Virus record (IMG/VR): IMGVR_UViG_3300049828_000234
Location: 1 to 42,709 of that record
Reading direction: 5' to 3' (one strand)
Source of the DNA: a virus
Taxonomy: Duplodnaviria > Caudoviricetes
Length of the DNA stretch: 42,709 nucleotides
Every line of letters starts with the position of its first letter. Positions within the stretch are counted from its first letter, which is position 1. Position numbers and translations under genes: made by a program. Below, piece after piece: positions 1 to 8,549 of the stretch. The notes under the pieces are model-generated. The model saw nothing but the letters and a program-made list of their open reading frames with translations, was not told the origin of the DNA and made no database searches.

Positions 1-471
1 CTCACCTACAAAGAGCAGTTGCTGCACCCAAATTGGCAGCGCAAGCGTCTTGAGTGTCTGCAGCGCGCAGGGTGGACATGCCAGCGCTGTCTTTCGACAG
101 ACAAGACGCTTCACGTTCACCACAAGGTCTATTTCAAGGGCCGCATGCCGTGGGAGTACGAGGCGCAGGAGTTGATTGTCTTGTGCGATCAATGCCACGA
201 AGACGAGCACGAACTGCAAGATGACTTGAAGCGCGCCATTTCACTGAGTTGGCATCGGCCAGAGGTGCTTGCAGAAGCAATCGACGGCATGTCATTGCAG
301 ATAGCAGGTTCAGTTACAGAAGTGGTTTCAGGGCTTCTGCGCATCGAGGAGCAAGGTGAGGCCAGGGCATTCATGGGCGCGCGAATGGACATGCTCGACG
401 GAGACGGGCTTCTGGCTGTCGCGCGCTTTATTGACTCACTTATCGAAAAAGAAGTGCGAGGCCATGCCTAA
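1..471 (+). CDS. HNH endonuclease (5' partial; runs off window start)
   Basis: Frame open from base 1 (LTYKEQLLHPNWQRKRLE). CQRC...LHVHH...Y...LCDQCH is an HNH/Zn-finger pattern. Confidence 0.8.
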   Translation, partial: LTYKEQLLHPNWQRKRLECLQRAGWTCQRCLSTDKTLHVHHKVYFKGRMPWEYEAQELIVLCDQCHEDEHELQDDLKRAISLSWHRPEVLAEAIDGMSLQIAGSVTEVVSGLLRIEEQGEARAFMGARMDMLDGDGLLAVARFIDSLIEKEVRGHA

Positions 472-1243
472 CCGCATCCTTAGAGAAGGCATCCTCACCA
501 GCGAGCGTGTGGCGCGGCTTGGCTGGGCCGCTGAGACTTTCTACAGGCGTCTGATGTCCGTCGTCGATGACTTCGGGCGTTACTACGCAAATCCGATGCT
601 TTTGCGGGCAGCTTGCTACCCGCTGCAGCTAGATAAGGTGTCCGACCCGGACATTGGCAAGTGGCTGGCCGTTTGTGCCGAAGCGGGCCTTGTAAGGGTG
701 TATCCGGCTAAGGACGGAAAGAGATACCTGCAACTGCTGGACTTCCGCCAGCAAGTGCGCGCAGCAGCAAGCAAATTCCCGGATATGCGTAGCGAATGCG
801 TAGCAGATGCGCAGCAACTGCAAGCAGATGCGCACTTAGACGTAGTCGAAGACGTAGTCGATATCGAAGCTAACGCTTCTCACCCCGGCAAGCCGGGGGA
901 CCGTCGGTTTGAAGCGTTCTGGAAAGCCTACCCACGCAAAGTCGGCAAGGATGCGGCCCGCCGCGCCTTCGACAAGCGCAAGCCCGACGATGTGCTGGTG
1001 CAGTGCTTCATCCGCGCGCTTGAGTCGCAATCCCGCGGCGAGGCATGGCGCAAGGACAACGGGCAGTTCATACCGCACCCTGCGACTTGGCTCAACGAGG
1101 GCCGATGGATGGACGAGGGAATCGTTACGCCATGCGTTCCTTCCGTCGAACTGTGGCGCGCCGATGAATTCTCAGCAGAAGAAAAACTCGCCGCAGACGA
1201 GGCCAGGCGGGCCGCTATGGCGTCGCGGAGGGCCGCGGCATGA
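464..1243 (+). CDS. Phage replication initiator/replisome organiser, variant A
   Basis: ATG 464. N-terminal MPNRILREGILTSE...VDDFGRY and C-terminal FEAFWKAYPRKVGK...FIPHPATWLNEGRW are typical of phage replication proteins; repeat-rich linker between them. Confidence 0.75.
   Translation: MPNRILREGILTSERVARLGWAAETFYRRLMSVVDDFGRYYANPMLLRAACYPLQLDKVSDPDIGKWLAVCAEAGLVRVYPAKDGKRYLQLLDFRQQVRAAASKFPDMRSECVADAQQLQADAHLDVVEDVVDIEANASHPGKPGDRRFEAFWKAYPRKVGKDAARRAFDKRKPDDVLVQCFIRALESQSRGEAWRKDNGQFIPHPATWLNEGRWMDEGIVTPCVPSVELWRADEFSAEEKLAADEARRAAMASRRAAA
786..861 (+). repeat. Iteron-like short repeats in initiator A linker (candidate origin)
   Basis: tgcgtagc x2, agcagatgcgca x2, and tandem agacgtagtcga x2 (838-861). 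Confidence 0.5.
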
Positions 1244-1474
1244 GCAACCTTAAGAAAGCGCGCGACGCGCGCATCGGCCTCGATGGCTATTGCGCCATCC
1301 TCGCCAGCATCATCAGAAACCCGCAGACCGCGGCGCAGCTTGCGGAACGCTTTAGGATTTTTCCTAGGACGATGTACTGGATCTGCAACAGCCTGTTCCG
1401 CTCTGGACTTATCCACAGGCGCGAATGGGTCAAGCCAGGCCCGCGGCAAAAGTACATGCCGGTGTGGGCCTGGG
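1187..1474 (+). repeat. Copy 1 of a 288-bp repeat (copy 2 at 42422-42709)
   Basis: Offset 41,235 bp. 9 mismatches in the first 161 bp, then 127 bp identical. Confidence 0.97.
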
Positions 1475-1881
1475 GAAAAGAAGGCGACGTGGCGCATGAG
1501 CACTGGCGCCCTGTTTCGCGCAAGTCGGGGCAGTCCGCTTTGCTGCTCGGGGCCATCAAGGATGCCGTTGATCTCGGGCCGCTGACCACGGAAAAGCTCG
1601 CCGCGGACATTGGATTCACGCGCCAGCACACCCGGCTGGTCCTGCGTACGCTGGCGGCCAGAAAGCTGATCAGAGTCGCCGATTGGGACGTGCGCGAGGC
1701 CGGTGTTCATGTCGCGCTCTACGCTTTCGGTCCAGGCGCGGACATGAAGCGCACCGCGCCAATCGGACGCAGCCCCGAGCGCGTCGCCGTCTATCGCCAG
1801 CGCTACCGGCACAAGCTGAAGCACATGGAACTGCTGCGCGCCACGGCCGGGGCGATCGAGCCGGAAAGGATGGCGGCGTGA
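1240..1881 (+). CDS. Putative DNA-binding protein with two tandem winged-HTH-like repeats
   Basis: ATGA overlap with initiator. Two similar halves: TAAQLAERF...LFRSGLIHRREW...VWAWG and TTEKLAADI...LAARKLIRVADW...LYAFG. Confidence 0.6.
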   Translation: MSNLKKARDARIGLDGYCAILASIIRNPQTAAQLAERFRIFPRTMYWICNSLFRSGLIHRREWVKPGPRQKYMPVWAWGKEGDVAHEHWRPVSRKSGQSALLLGAIKDAVDLGPLTTEKLAADIGFTRQHTRLVLRTLAARKLIRVADWDVREAGVHVALYAFGPGADMKRTAPIGRSPERVAVYRQRYRHKLKHMELLRATAGAIEPERMAA

Positions 1882-2222
1882 ATCTCATCCTCCCATGGCC
1901 GCCGAGCAACCTGTCGCCCAACGCGCGCCAGCACCACATGTCCCACTACATTGCAAAGAAGGCATATCGCAAGGCATGTGCATGGGCGGCAAGGCAGCAA
2001 GGAGCCGCCAGGATCGACGCAAAGCGGCTGGATGTGGCCCTGGTATTCGTCCCGCCTTCAAAACGGCGCTATGACCCCGACAACTGTCTCGCCAGGATGA
2101 AGTCAGGGATCGACGGCCTGGCGGATGTGTTCGGGGTTGACGATTCGCGCTGGCGGATCAGCTTTGAGATGGCCGACGAGGTGGGCGGGATGGTTCGAGT
2201 CAAGGTGCAGGCGTGCGAGTGA
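1878..2222 (+). CDS. rusA: RusA-like Holliday junction resolvase
   Basis: GTG start overlapping upstream stop; LPWPPS...N...RYDPDNCLARMKSGIDGLAD...DDS. Confidence 0.8.
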   Translation: MNLILPWPPSNLSPNARQHHMSHYIAKKAYRKACAWAARQQGAARIDAKRLDVALVFVPPSKRRYDPDNCLARMKSGIDGLADVFGVDDSRWRISFEMADEVGGMVRVKVQACE

Positions 2223-2359
2223 ACATGAACGACCCGCAATCCATCGCGGCATGGTTCAAGGTCAACCCGCCGCAGCACGCGCAGTTTCTGCGATGGGCGC
2301 TGCGCGTGTGGCCGCAGTTCAGGGCGGCGATTGAGGCGAGCAGGGAACTTGTCAAGTGA
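2219..2359 (+). CDS. Small hypothetical protein (46 aa; not in ORF track)
   Basis: Fills the gap between rusA and terS with GTGA overlaps at both ends; reads (M)NMNDPQSIAAWFKVNPPQH...ELVK. Confidence 0.6.
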   Translation: MNMNDPQSIAAWFKVNPPQHAQFLRWALRVWPQFRAAIEASRELVK

Positions 2360-2880
2360 GCAAGAAAGACGCGCCAGTTGCCAAACGGCCGCGGGGTAGG
2401 CCCTCGCTGTGGTCTCAGGCTGTCGCTGATGAAATTTGCCAGCGCATAGCCAGCGGCGAAACGCTGCAGTCTGTATGCAGAGACGAACACTTGCCGTCGG
2501 TGCCTACGGTGAATAGGTGGACTCAGGAACGCGAATCGTTTTCAATCGACTTCGCGCGCGCGCGAGCCGACGGATTCGATGCAATCGCCGCTGAAACCGT
2601 CCGCATTGCCGACGATGGGCAAAACGACTGGATGGAGAAAAACGACCCTGAAAACCCAGGCTATGCACTGAACGGCGAGCACGTCCAGCGCAGCAAGTTG
2701 CGCATCGAAACCCGGCTAAAGCTCTTGGCCAAATGGGACCCGAAGCGCTACGGCGAGCGTACCGTCATCGCTGGAGATTCGGACAACCCGATAACGCTGG
2801 CGCGCGTTGACATCTCAAGCGCCACCGTCGAGCAGCTTCGAGCGCTGGCCGCGCTACGCCTTCCAAATGGAACTGACTGA
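2356..2880 (+). CDS. terS: Terminase small subunit (Sf6/P22-like)
   Basis: GRPSLWSQAVADEICQRIASGETLQSVC and RSKLRIETRLKLLAKWDPKRYG; immediately upstream of terL. Confidence 0.88.
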   Translation: MSKKDAPVAKRPRGRPSLWSQAVADEICQRIASGETLQSVCRDEHLPSVPTVNRWTQERESFSIDFARARADGFDAIAAETVRIADDGQNDWMEKNDPENPGYALNGEHVQRSKLRIETRLKLLAKWDPKRYGERTVIAGDSDNPITLARVDISSATVEQLRALAALRLPNGTD

Positions 2881-4348
2881 GATTCGGCCAGAGCACATCA
2901 TCGCGGCGCGCCGTGAGCTTGCGCGCCGCAACCTGACCGACTTCGCGTGCATGGTGGACATCCCCACGGTGCCGCTGACAGAGGAAGCGGAGGAAGATCG
3001 GTTCTCGGTGATGAAGCTCGACAGCTTGGCTGATCATCACCGCCTGCTGCTCGAACGGCTGCAGGGCGTCGAGGATGGCAGCATCGGGAACCTCATGGTG
3101 CTGATGCCGCCGGGTTCCGCAAAGTCAACGTATTGCGACGTGGTGTTCGTGCCCTGGTTCATGTCACGCAAGCCGCGCCGGCATGTCATCCTGGCGAGCT
3201 ACGCCACAGAGATTGCAGAAAAGCAGGGCCGGCGCGCTCGGCAACTGATCAACTCCAGAAGCTATGCGAACCTGACCGGCCGCAGCCTGCGCGCAGACCA
3301 GAAGGCGGCAGGCGTCTGGACGCTCGACAACGGATCGGAGTTCATGGCCGGCGGCATTCTCTCGGGCCTGACCGGCAACCGCGCAGCGCTCGGTCTGTGC
3401 GACGACCTTATCCGCGGGCGCCAGCAGGCGGAATCCGACACGGTGCGCGAGTCAACCTGGCAAGCGTACACCGACGACTTTTGCAGTCGTTTGATTCCCG
3501 GCGCGCCGCAGGTGATGATCACGACCAGATGGCACGAGGACGACGTAGCCGGGCGCATCCTGCCCGACAAATGGGACGGCGAGAGCGGATGGTTCAGCGG
3601 GAAGGACGGCAGGCGCTGGCTTGTGCTGTGCCTTCCGGCGATCTGCGATCGCGCCGATGATCCGCTCGGGCGCCGAATCGGCGAGACGCTCTGGCCGGAA
3701 TGGTTCAGCCTGGACCACTGGAAGCCGTTTCAGGCCATCGAGCGCACCTGGGCGAGCCTGTACCAGCAAAAGCCACTTCCACCCGGCGGCGTGCTGTTCA
3801 AGCCCGAGCAGATCCAGATTGTCGAGGCGCTGCCGGCCTTGCCTGCCGAATGGGCGCGCGGATGGGACTTTGCCGGAACCGTAGACGGCGACTACACTGC
3901 AGGTCCAAAGCTGGGCAAGCTCCGGGACGGACGCTTTCTCATCGCTGACATGGTGCGCCTGCGCGCTGGCCCCGACGAAAGGGACCGCGCGCTTCATAAC
4001 ACCGCTGTTCGTGATGGAGTGAACGTGCGAATCTCGATCCCTCAAGATCCTGGGCAGGCTGGCAAGACACAGGTGCTCGACCTGACCCGCAAGCTCGCCG
4101 GCTTTCGCGTCTCGAGTAGCCCGGAATCCGGCGACAAGATCACCCGCGCCGAGCCGTTCGCCTCTCAGGTCAACGTGGGCAACGTGCTGATGCTGCGCGG
4201 CGACTGGAATGCGGCGTTGCTCGACGAGCTACGGAGTTTCCCGAATGGGCGCCATGATGACCAGGTTGACGGCCTGAGTCGTGCGTTTGCCGAATTGCTT
4301 GGCGTGGTCACGCAGACGCCAGCCGGCGCCAAGGTGCAGGGCCTATGA
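2867..4348 (+). CDS. terL: Terminase large subunit
   Basis: Likely ATG 2867. Walker A MPPGSAKST, Walker B LCDD, TTRWHEDD, nuclease GWDFA...DYTA and FPNGRHDDQVD. Confidence 0.95.
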   Translation: MELTEIRPEHIIAARRELARRNLTDFACMVDIPTVPLTEEAEEDRFSVMKLDSLADHHRLLLERLQGVEDGSIGNLMVLMPPGSAKSTYCDVVFVPWFMSRKPRRHVILASYATEIAEKQGRRARQLINSRSYANLTGRSLRADQKAAGVWTLDNGSEFMAGGILSGLTGNRAALGLCDDLIRGRQQAESDTVRESTWQAYTDDFCSRLIPGAPQVMITTRWHEDDVAGRILPDKWDGESGWFSGKDGRRWLVLCLPAICDRADDPLGRRIGETLWPEWFSLDHWKPFQAIERTWASLYQQKPLPPGGVLFKPEQIQIVEALPALPAEWARGWDFAGTVDGDYTAGPKLGKLRDGRFLIADMVRLRAGPDERDRALHNTAVRDGVNVRISIPQDPGQAGKTQVLDLTRKLAGFRVSSSPESGDKITRAEPFASQVNVGNVLMLRGDWNAALLDELRSFPNGRHDDQVDGLSRAFAELLGVVTQTPAGAKVQGL

Positions 4349-4581
4349 CCGCCGCGCTGGCCAGGATGGAACGCCCGCCGGCCGATCTGCTCGAGGTGGT
4401 TTACGCCATAGACCCGCAGGCATGCGAGCGTGCTCGGCGCGTCAAGATGGCAATGGACATGCTTCGCGCTGGCCTGCACCGCCGGGAGATCAGCGGAGAG
4501 ATCCAGCGCCGCTTCGGCGTATCGCAGCCGACAGCCTGGGTTGTCGTTGACATGGCGGTGGACATGGCGGGGCCTTTGTGA
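4345..4581 (+). CDS. Small HTH protein, possible late transcription regulator
   Basis: ATGA/GTGA-coupled to neighbours; HTH-like RREISGEIQRRFGVSQPTAWVVV. Confidence 0.55.
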   Translation: MTAALARMERPPADLLEVVYAIDPQACERARRVKMAMDMLRAGLHRREISGEIQRRFGVSQPTAWVVVDMAVDMAGPL

Positions 4582-5678
4582 CGGCCGACGAAGAACGCGA
4601 GCTATTGGCCGCTGCAGCGGCGCGCATCGACGAGGACATGCGCGAGCAGTTCGCCGAGTTGATCGCAATGATCGGTTCCGGCGTGCCTGTGCGCGATGCC
4701 GTCGCCGAAGTCATGGGTACGATCGAAGCCGATCTAGCCGCGACGCTGGCCACCGCCTTGACCGCCGTCACTGGCGAGGCCGTCACGGCGTCAGAAGTGC
4801 TGCAGATGAACGTCGGACCGATGCGCCTATCGCCTCGGCTGTACCAGGAAGCCGACCAGGTGGCGGCCACCGTCTCGGGTATCGTTGATCGGCATGTGAA
4901 GGGGTTCACCGATGCGCGATCGCTGGCGCTTGAGCTTTTCGAGGGCTACGCATTCAGGCCACCGGATGCCGAGCCGTTGCAGTTCAAGGCGACAAACCCG
5001 CAACTGCCGCAGTACCTGCGCGAAGTCCTGCGCACCGAGCCGGGTGTCGAGCGTGCGCTTTCCTCGCACTTTGCGCAGCTGCAGGTCAACGGCCTGACAA
5101 CGCCGGGGCTGCGCGCGGCCTATACGTCGCTACTGGACGCCATCACAGAAGCCGCGGACGGCGTAGGTGCGAAGGGCCTGGAAAAGCGCATCGAGATCGC
5201 ATGGTTCGAGCGCATGCGCTACTTTTCGCAGCGCATCGCGCAGACGGAAATACACCGCGCCTATGCGAAGCGCGAGGCGCTGGCGCTGATGGCCGACGAT
5301 GCTGTGCAATACGTCCAGATCCGCCGCGCGCCTGGCGTGCAGTTGCCGTGCATATGCGACCTGTTCGCCGGCCGTGACGTTTGGGGCCTGGGCAAAGGCG
5401 TTTATCCGAAGGCAAAGGCGCCGCTGCCGCCGTTCCACCCATACTGCCGGTGCGTCACCGCGCCGCGCCTAGATCTGACGGGAAAGACGCCGGCAGATCA
5501 ACCCGACGACAGCGCAGACGTGTCATTCCTGCAGCGCCTGAACCCGAGCGCGGCGGCGCGCGTGGTCGGAAGCCGCGACAAGTTGGCCCGCGTGCTGGCC
5601 GGCGAGCAGACCGTCGCCGTTGTCAACGCGACGCGCGACGCGCGCTATGCCATCAAGACCCTAGCCGAAGCGCAATAG
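4578..5678 (+). CDS. Minor head/head morphogenesis protein (SPP1 gp7 / Mu gpF-like)
   Basis: RIAQTEIHRAY...CICD...PPFHPYCRC signature. Confidence 0.85.
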   Translation: MTADEERELLAAAAARIDEDMREQFAELIAMIGSGVPVRDAVAEVMGTIEADLAATLATALTAVTGEAVTASEVLQMNVGPMRLSPRLYQEADQVAATVSGIVDRHVKGFTDARSLALELFEGYAFRPPDAEPLQFKATNPQLPQYLREVLRTEPGVERALSSHFAQLQVNGLTTPGLRAAYTSLLDAITEAADGVGAKGLEKRIEIAWFERMRYFSQRIAQTEIHRAYAKREALALMADDAVQYVQIRRAPGVQLPCICDLFAGRDVWGLGKGVYPKAKAPLPPFHPYCRCVTAPRLDLTGKTPADQPDDSADVSFLQRLNPSAAARVVGSRDKLARVLAGEQTVAVVNATRDARYAIKTLAEAQ

Positions 5679-5679
5679 G

Positions 5680-6117
5680 TCAGGCCCGATCGGCGCTCGA
5701 TGCCACGCCGGAACCTTGCGAGGCAAGCACGCCGGCCGCAGCGTGTAGCTCCAGAGTCTGCAACTCGCACCGCACTGCCATCAGCTTGTAGGTGTCGAGC
5801 CTGTCCTCGTCGGTCAGCGTCTCGACATAACGGCCCTTGAGCGTTTTCAGCACGTCGAGAATCGCCGCCTCCAGGTCGAACAAGTTGGCATAGACGGCCT
5901 CCAGCCCTTGCGAGTTCGTCGTCTGCGTGCCGAAGTAGATGAAGCACTCCGCGGTGCGGTTTCCGTATGGCTTGCCCGGCACGATGCGCGAAGGAACAAG
6001 CCGAATCATCGGATAGCTCGCCGGGCTGATGTTCGCCTCAAGCCCGATCTTGCAGGATGCCAGGCCTGGGATTGCCGCCAGCGCGTCGCGCGCCCATTCC
6101 AGCGCGGTCATCATCAC
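5680..6117 (-). CDS. Putative tail terminator/tail completion protein with C-terminal repeat-like extension
   Basis: Size, YPMIRLVP motif and position with the adaptor and gp10-like genes; ATGA overlap with upstream gene. Confidence 0.5.
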   Translation of the reverse strand: MMMTALEWARDALAAIPGLASCKIGLEANISPASYPMIRLVPSRIVPGKPYGNRTAECFIYFGTQTTNSQGLEAVYANLFDLEAAILDVLKTLKGRYVETLTDEDRLDTYKLMAVRCELQTLELHAAAGVLASQGSGVASSADRA

Positions 6118-6443
6118 GCACGCTCCAGCGGGATCGAGAACAGCGACAGGCCGGCGCCGACAACCTCCGCCGTCTGGTCAGCGTCGAACGCGGCCTGTGG
6201 CAGCATGATCGCCTGCTGGTCGCGGTACGTCTTGAGCTTCGCCGTGAAAAGATCCTCGGCGCTGGCCTGGTTCTCTATGCAGGCGAGGATGTACGTCTGC
6301 ACGATGACGAGGCGCTCGGTCCAGTCGGCCGAGAATGTCCGCGTGCCGGCCATCACGAGCACGTCGGCGATGGCGCGGGCTTCGCGTTCTTCGGTGCAGA
6401 AGTCCGCTAGATATGCGTCCGGGTAGGTATAGACGAGTGCCAT
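6114..6443 (-). CDS. Putative head-tail adaptor/connector
   Basis: 109-aa helical protein between the gp10-like gene and the terminator-like gene. Confidence 0.45.
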   Translation of the reverse strand: MALVYTYPDAYLADFCTEEREARAIADVLVMAGTRTFSADWTERLVIVQTYILACIENQASAEDLFTAKLKTYRDQQAIMLPQAAFDADQTAEVVGAGLSLFSIPLERA

Positions 6444-6446
6444 GCT

Positions 6447-6887
6447 TTAGACCCCTTGAATGGAGCGATCGACGATCGCGGAGAACTGGCGCACGGCATC
6501 ATCCGCGGCGCGGTTGAGATAGTTGTCGCCGATGTATCCGGGGTGCTTCACCAGCTTCGCAAAGACGAACTGGTTGCCGGATACCCATCGCAGCGCTTTT
6601 TTGTCCTTCGGCCTGATCTCGTGCGGGCGGGTTCCGTACAGCACGAATTTCGCATGCGGCGCGCGCTGTTCGTCGTGCCCGACCTGCCTGAATGCCGGCG
6701 CAAGCGAGCGGTTATAGACCGACTGAAACAGCGCGCCCGTCTGATTGTGCCGGCCTGCGCCTGTCAGCATGGAGTCATAGGCGATCTGCGACATCTCGGC
6801 GACGACGCGCCGCGCCATCGTATCTGGCAGCCCATTGATCTCGACGGCGGTCTGCTCGAGGCCTGTGATGGTGATTGCGGTCGGCAT
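6447..6887 (-). CDS. HK97 gp10-like neck/tail component
   Basis: ITITGLEQ...TGALFQSV...FVLYGTRPHEIRPK...VKHPG...YLNRA pattern. Confidence 0.7.
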   Translation of the reverse strand: MPTAITITGLEQTAVEINGLPDTMARRVVAEMSQIAYDSMLTGAGRHNQTGALFQSVYNRSLAPAFRQVGHDEQRAPHAKFVLYGTRPHEIRPKDKKALRWVSGNQFVFAKLVKHPGYIGDNYLNRAADDAVRQFSAIVDRSIQGV

Positions 6888-6899
6888 GGTGTCTGTCCG

Positions 6900-8549
6900 T
6901 CAGGTAAGCCAGGGTGGATTGAAAACGCTCAGAAGTGCGCTCCCGAGCACGCCATGCGGGTCCGTGATCGAGTTGGTCGAATAGCCGATCTGCAATGAAC
7001 ATTCTGTAAGGTATGGATTCGCTGTCGGGTCTGCCGTGACGTAAACGCACAGGCTGCCTTCGCTGAAGATGTCAACGCCTCCATACTCAATCAGGAGATT
7101 TTGGTCCGAGCTGTTGCTCACCTGGTCAGACCGTGCGCCGGCTCCGACTGCCGTGGCGTGCATCTCGAACCTGCTGTAGAGGATGCTGTCGGCCAGCGTC
7201 GGAAACAGCGAATTCCACAGCGGGCTGGAGTTTCTTGTATGCCAGTCAAACGGCAGCGCGGTCCCGTCCGATAGCCAGGAGATGTTCCCGCTTGTCGCCG
7301 TTGACGGGAAGGCAACCTGGCCGCTGCTGAATTCGATTGCGCTCGAGTCCGCGAAGCGCTCGTTTACTCCGGCTTCGTAGAGCGCGTCATAGGCGCGGAT
7401 TCGCAGCGTCCTGGTTGAGAACATCGCGCTTGGCGTTCCGATGATGAACCCGGTTTCTTGGTCGATAGAAACGCCAGGAGGCGCATCGCCGTCGATGAAC
7501 TCGAAGGTGTATGGCTTTTTGCCACCCGACCAGCAGTTCTTTATTGACTCATCGAAACCCGCGAACAGTTCGCCAGCGGTTGACCATACTTCCTGGCAAT
7601 CCATCGGAATCCCGACCTGCAGCTGGCAACCTGCGCCGTTGAAAGGCCCACCGCCTACAAACGTCAGCGGGCACGGTTTCGGGTTGTCCAGAAAGCCGAT
7701 GATGGTCCGCACGTTCCAAAGGTAGCCCGTGAACTGGATCACTACGTTGTCATCGACATCGAAGGCCTGGTGTCCGCAGGTCATGTATTGAAACGGCACG
7801 TCGGTTAGGACGCTTTCCTGGTCGATCGGCAAGCGGTTTGCGCTTGAGCGCGTGTCGGGCAGCGAGACGGTAGCCAGCCCGGTGTCACGATCCAGCGCAG
7901 TGATCGTGCCCCACCTGTACGTCGGCTTGTACTTCTGCCAGCCGGGGAATATCGCGGCGTTGAAATACGCCTGTTCTGGAGAGCACAGGGCGCGCTCTTT
8001 TTCCACTCCGTCAGATCCTGCCCAAAAACGGCCGCCTGGGGCCAATAGCACAAGGTTCGGGTCGCCTGGAATGTCCACCGTAGCCAGCGCCAAACCGATC
8101 GGCGCGTTCTCGGTGAAGTCGCAGCACCACGCTTGCCGTTCTTCCGTGACGACGAGGTTGGTGTATTCGATGATCTTGAGTTGAACGTTTTTCTTCGACC
8201 GCTCAAGCGACTTCAGCGCCGTCTCGAATGGCGCGAGCTTCTGCTCGAGCGTCCGGTAGGTTTTCAGTTCTTCGGTATAGACCGACGTATCGGGCACGGG
8301 GCTGCCGGGAGGAAGATTGTTCATCGCGGCCTGCAGTTCCTCGAACGCCTGCTGCACTTTGACCAGTTGCGCGGCCTTAGCGGCTTCGGCCTGGTTCACC
8401 TTCGACTGCGCCGCGGGGATCTTCTCATCTACCCTGGCAAGCGCTTCGTTGAGCGCGGCAATCAGCGCCTGCCGCTGCGATTCGCCGAAGTCGAGCGAAA
8501 GCGTATAGCGGCCGTCAGGCCCTGGACCGTTGACGATCGCATAGCCCAT
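6900..8549 (-). CDS. Putative tail-tip protein: coiled coil, central domain, Ig-like domain
   Basis: N-terminal heptads; GGKKPYTF...PPGVSIDQETGFIIGTP resembles putative-Ig repeats; downstream of tape measure. Confidence 0.55.
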   Translation of the reverse strand: MGYAIVNGPGPDGRYTLSLDFGESQRQALIAALNEALARVDEKIPAAQSKVNQAEAAKAAQLVKVQQAFEELQAAMNNLPPGSPVPDTSVYTEELKTYRTLEQKLAPFETALKSLERSKKNVQLKIIEYTNLVVTEERQAWCCDFTENAPIGLALATVDIPGDPNLVLLAPGGRFWAGSDGVEKERALCSPEQAYFNAAIFPGWQKYKPTYRWGTITALDRDTGLATVSLPDTRSSANRLPIDQESVLTDVPFQYMTCGHQAFDVDDNVVIQFTGYLWNVRTIIGFLDNPKPCPLTFVGGGPFNGAGCQLQVGIPMDCQEVWSTAGELFAGFDESIKNCWSGGKKPYTFEFIDGDAPPGVSIDQETGFIIGTPSAMFSTRTLRIRAYDALYEAGVNERFADSSAIEFSSGQVAFPSTATSGNISWLSDGTALPFDWHTRNSSPLWNSLFPTLADSILYSRFEMHATAVGAGARSDQVSNSSDQNLLIEYGGVDIFSEGSLCVYVTADPTANPYLTECSLQIGYSTNSITDPHGVLGSALLSVFNPPWLT

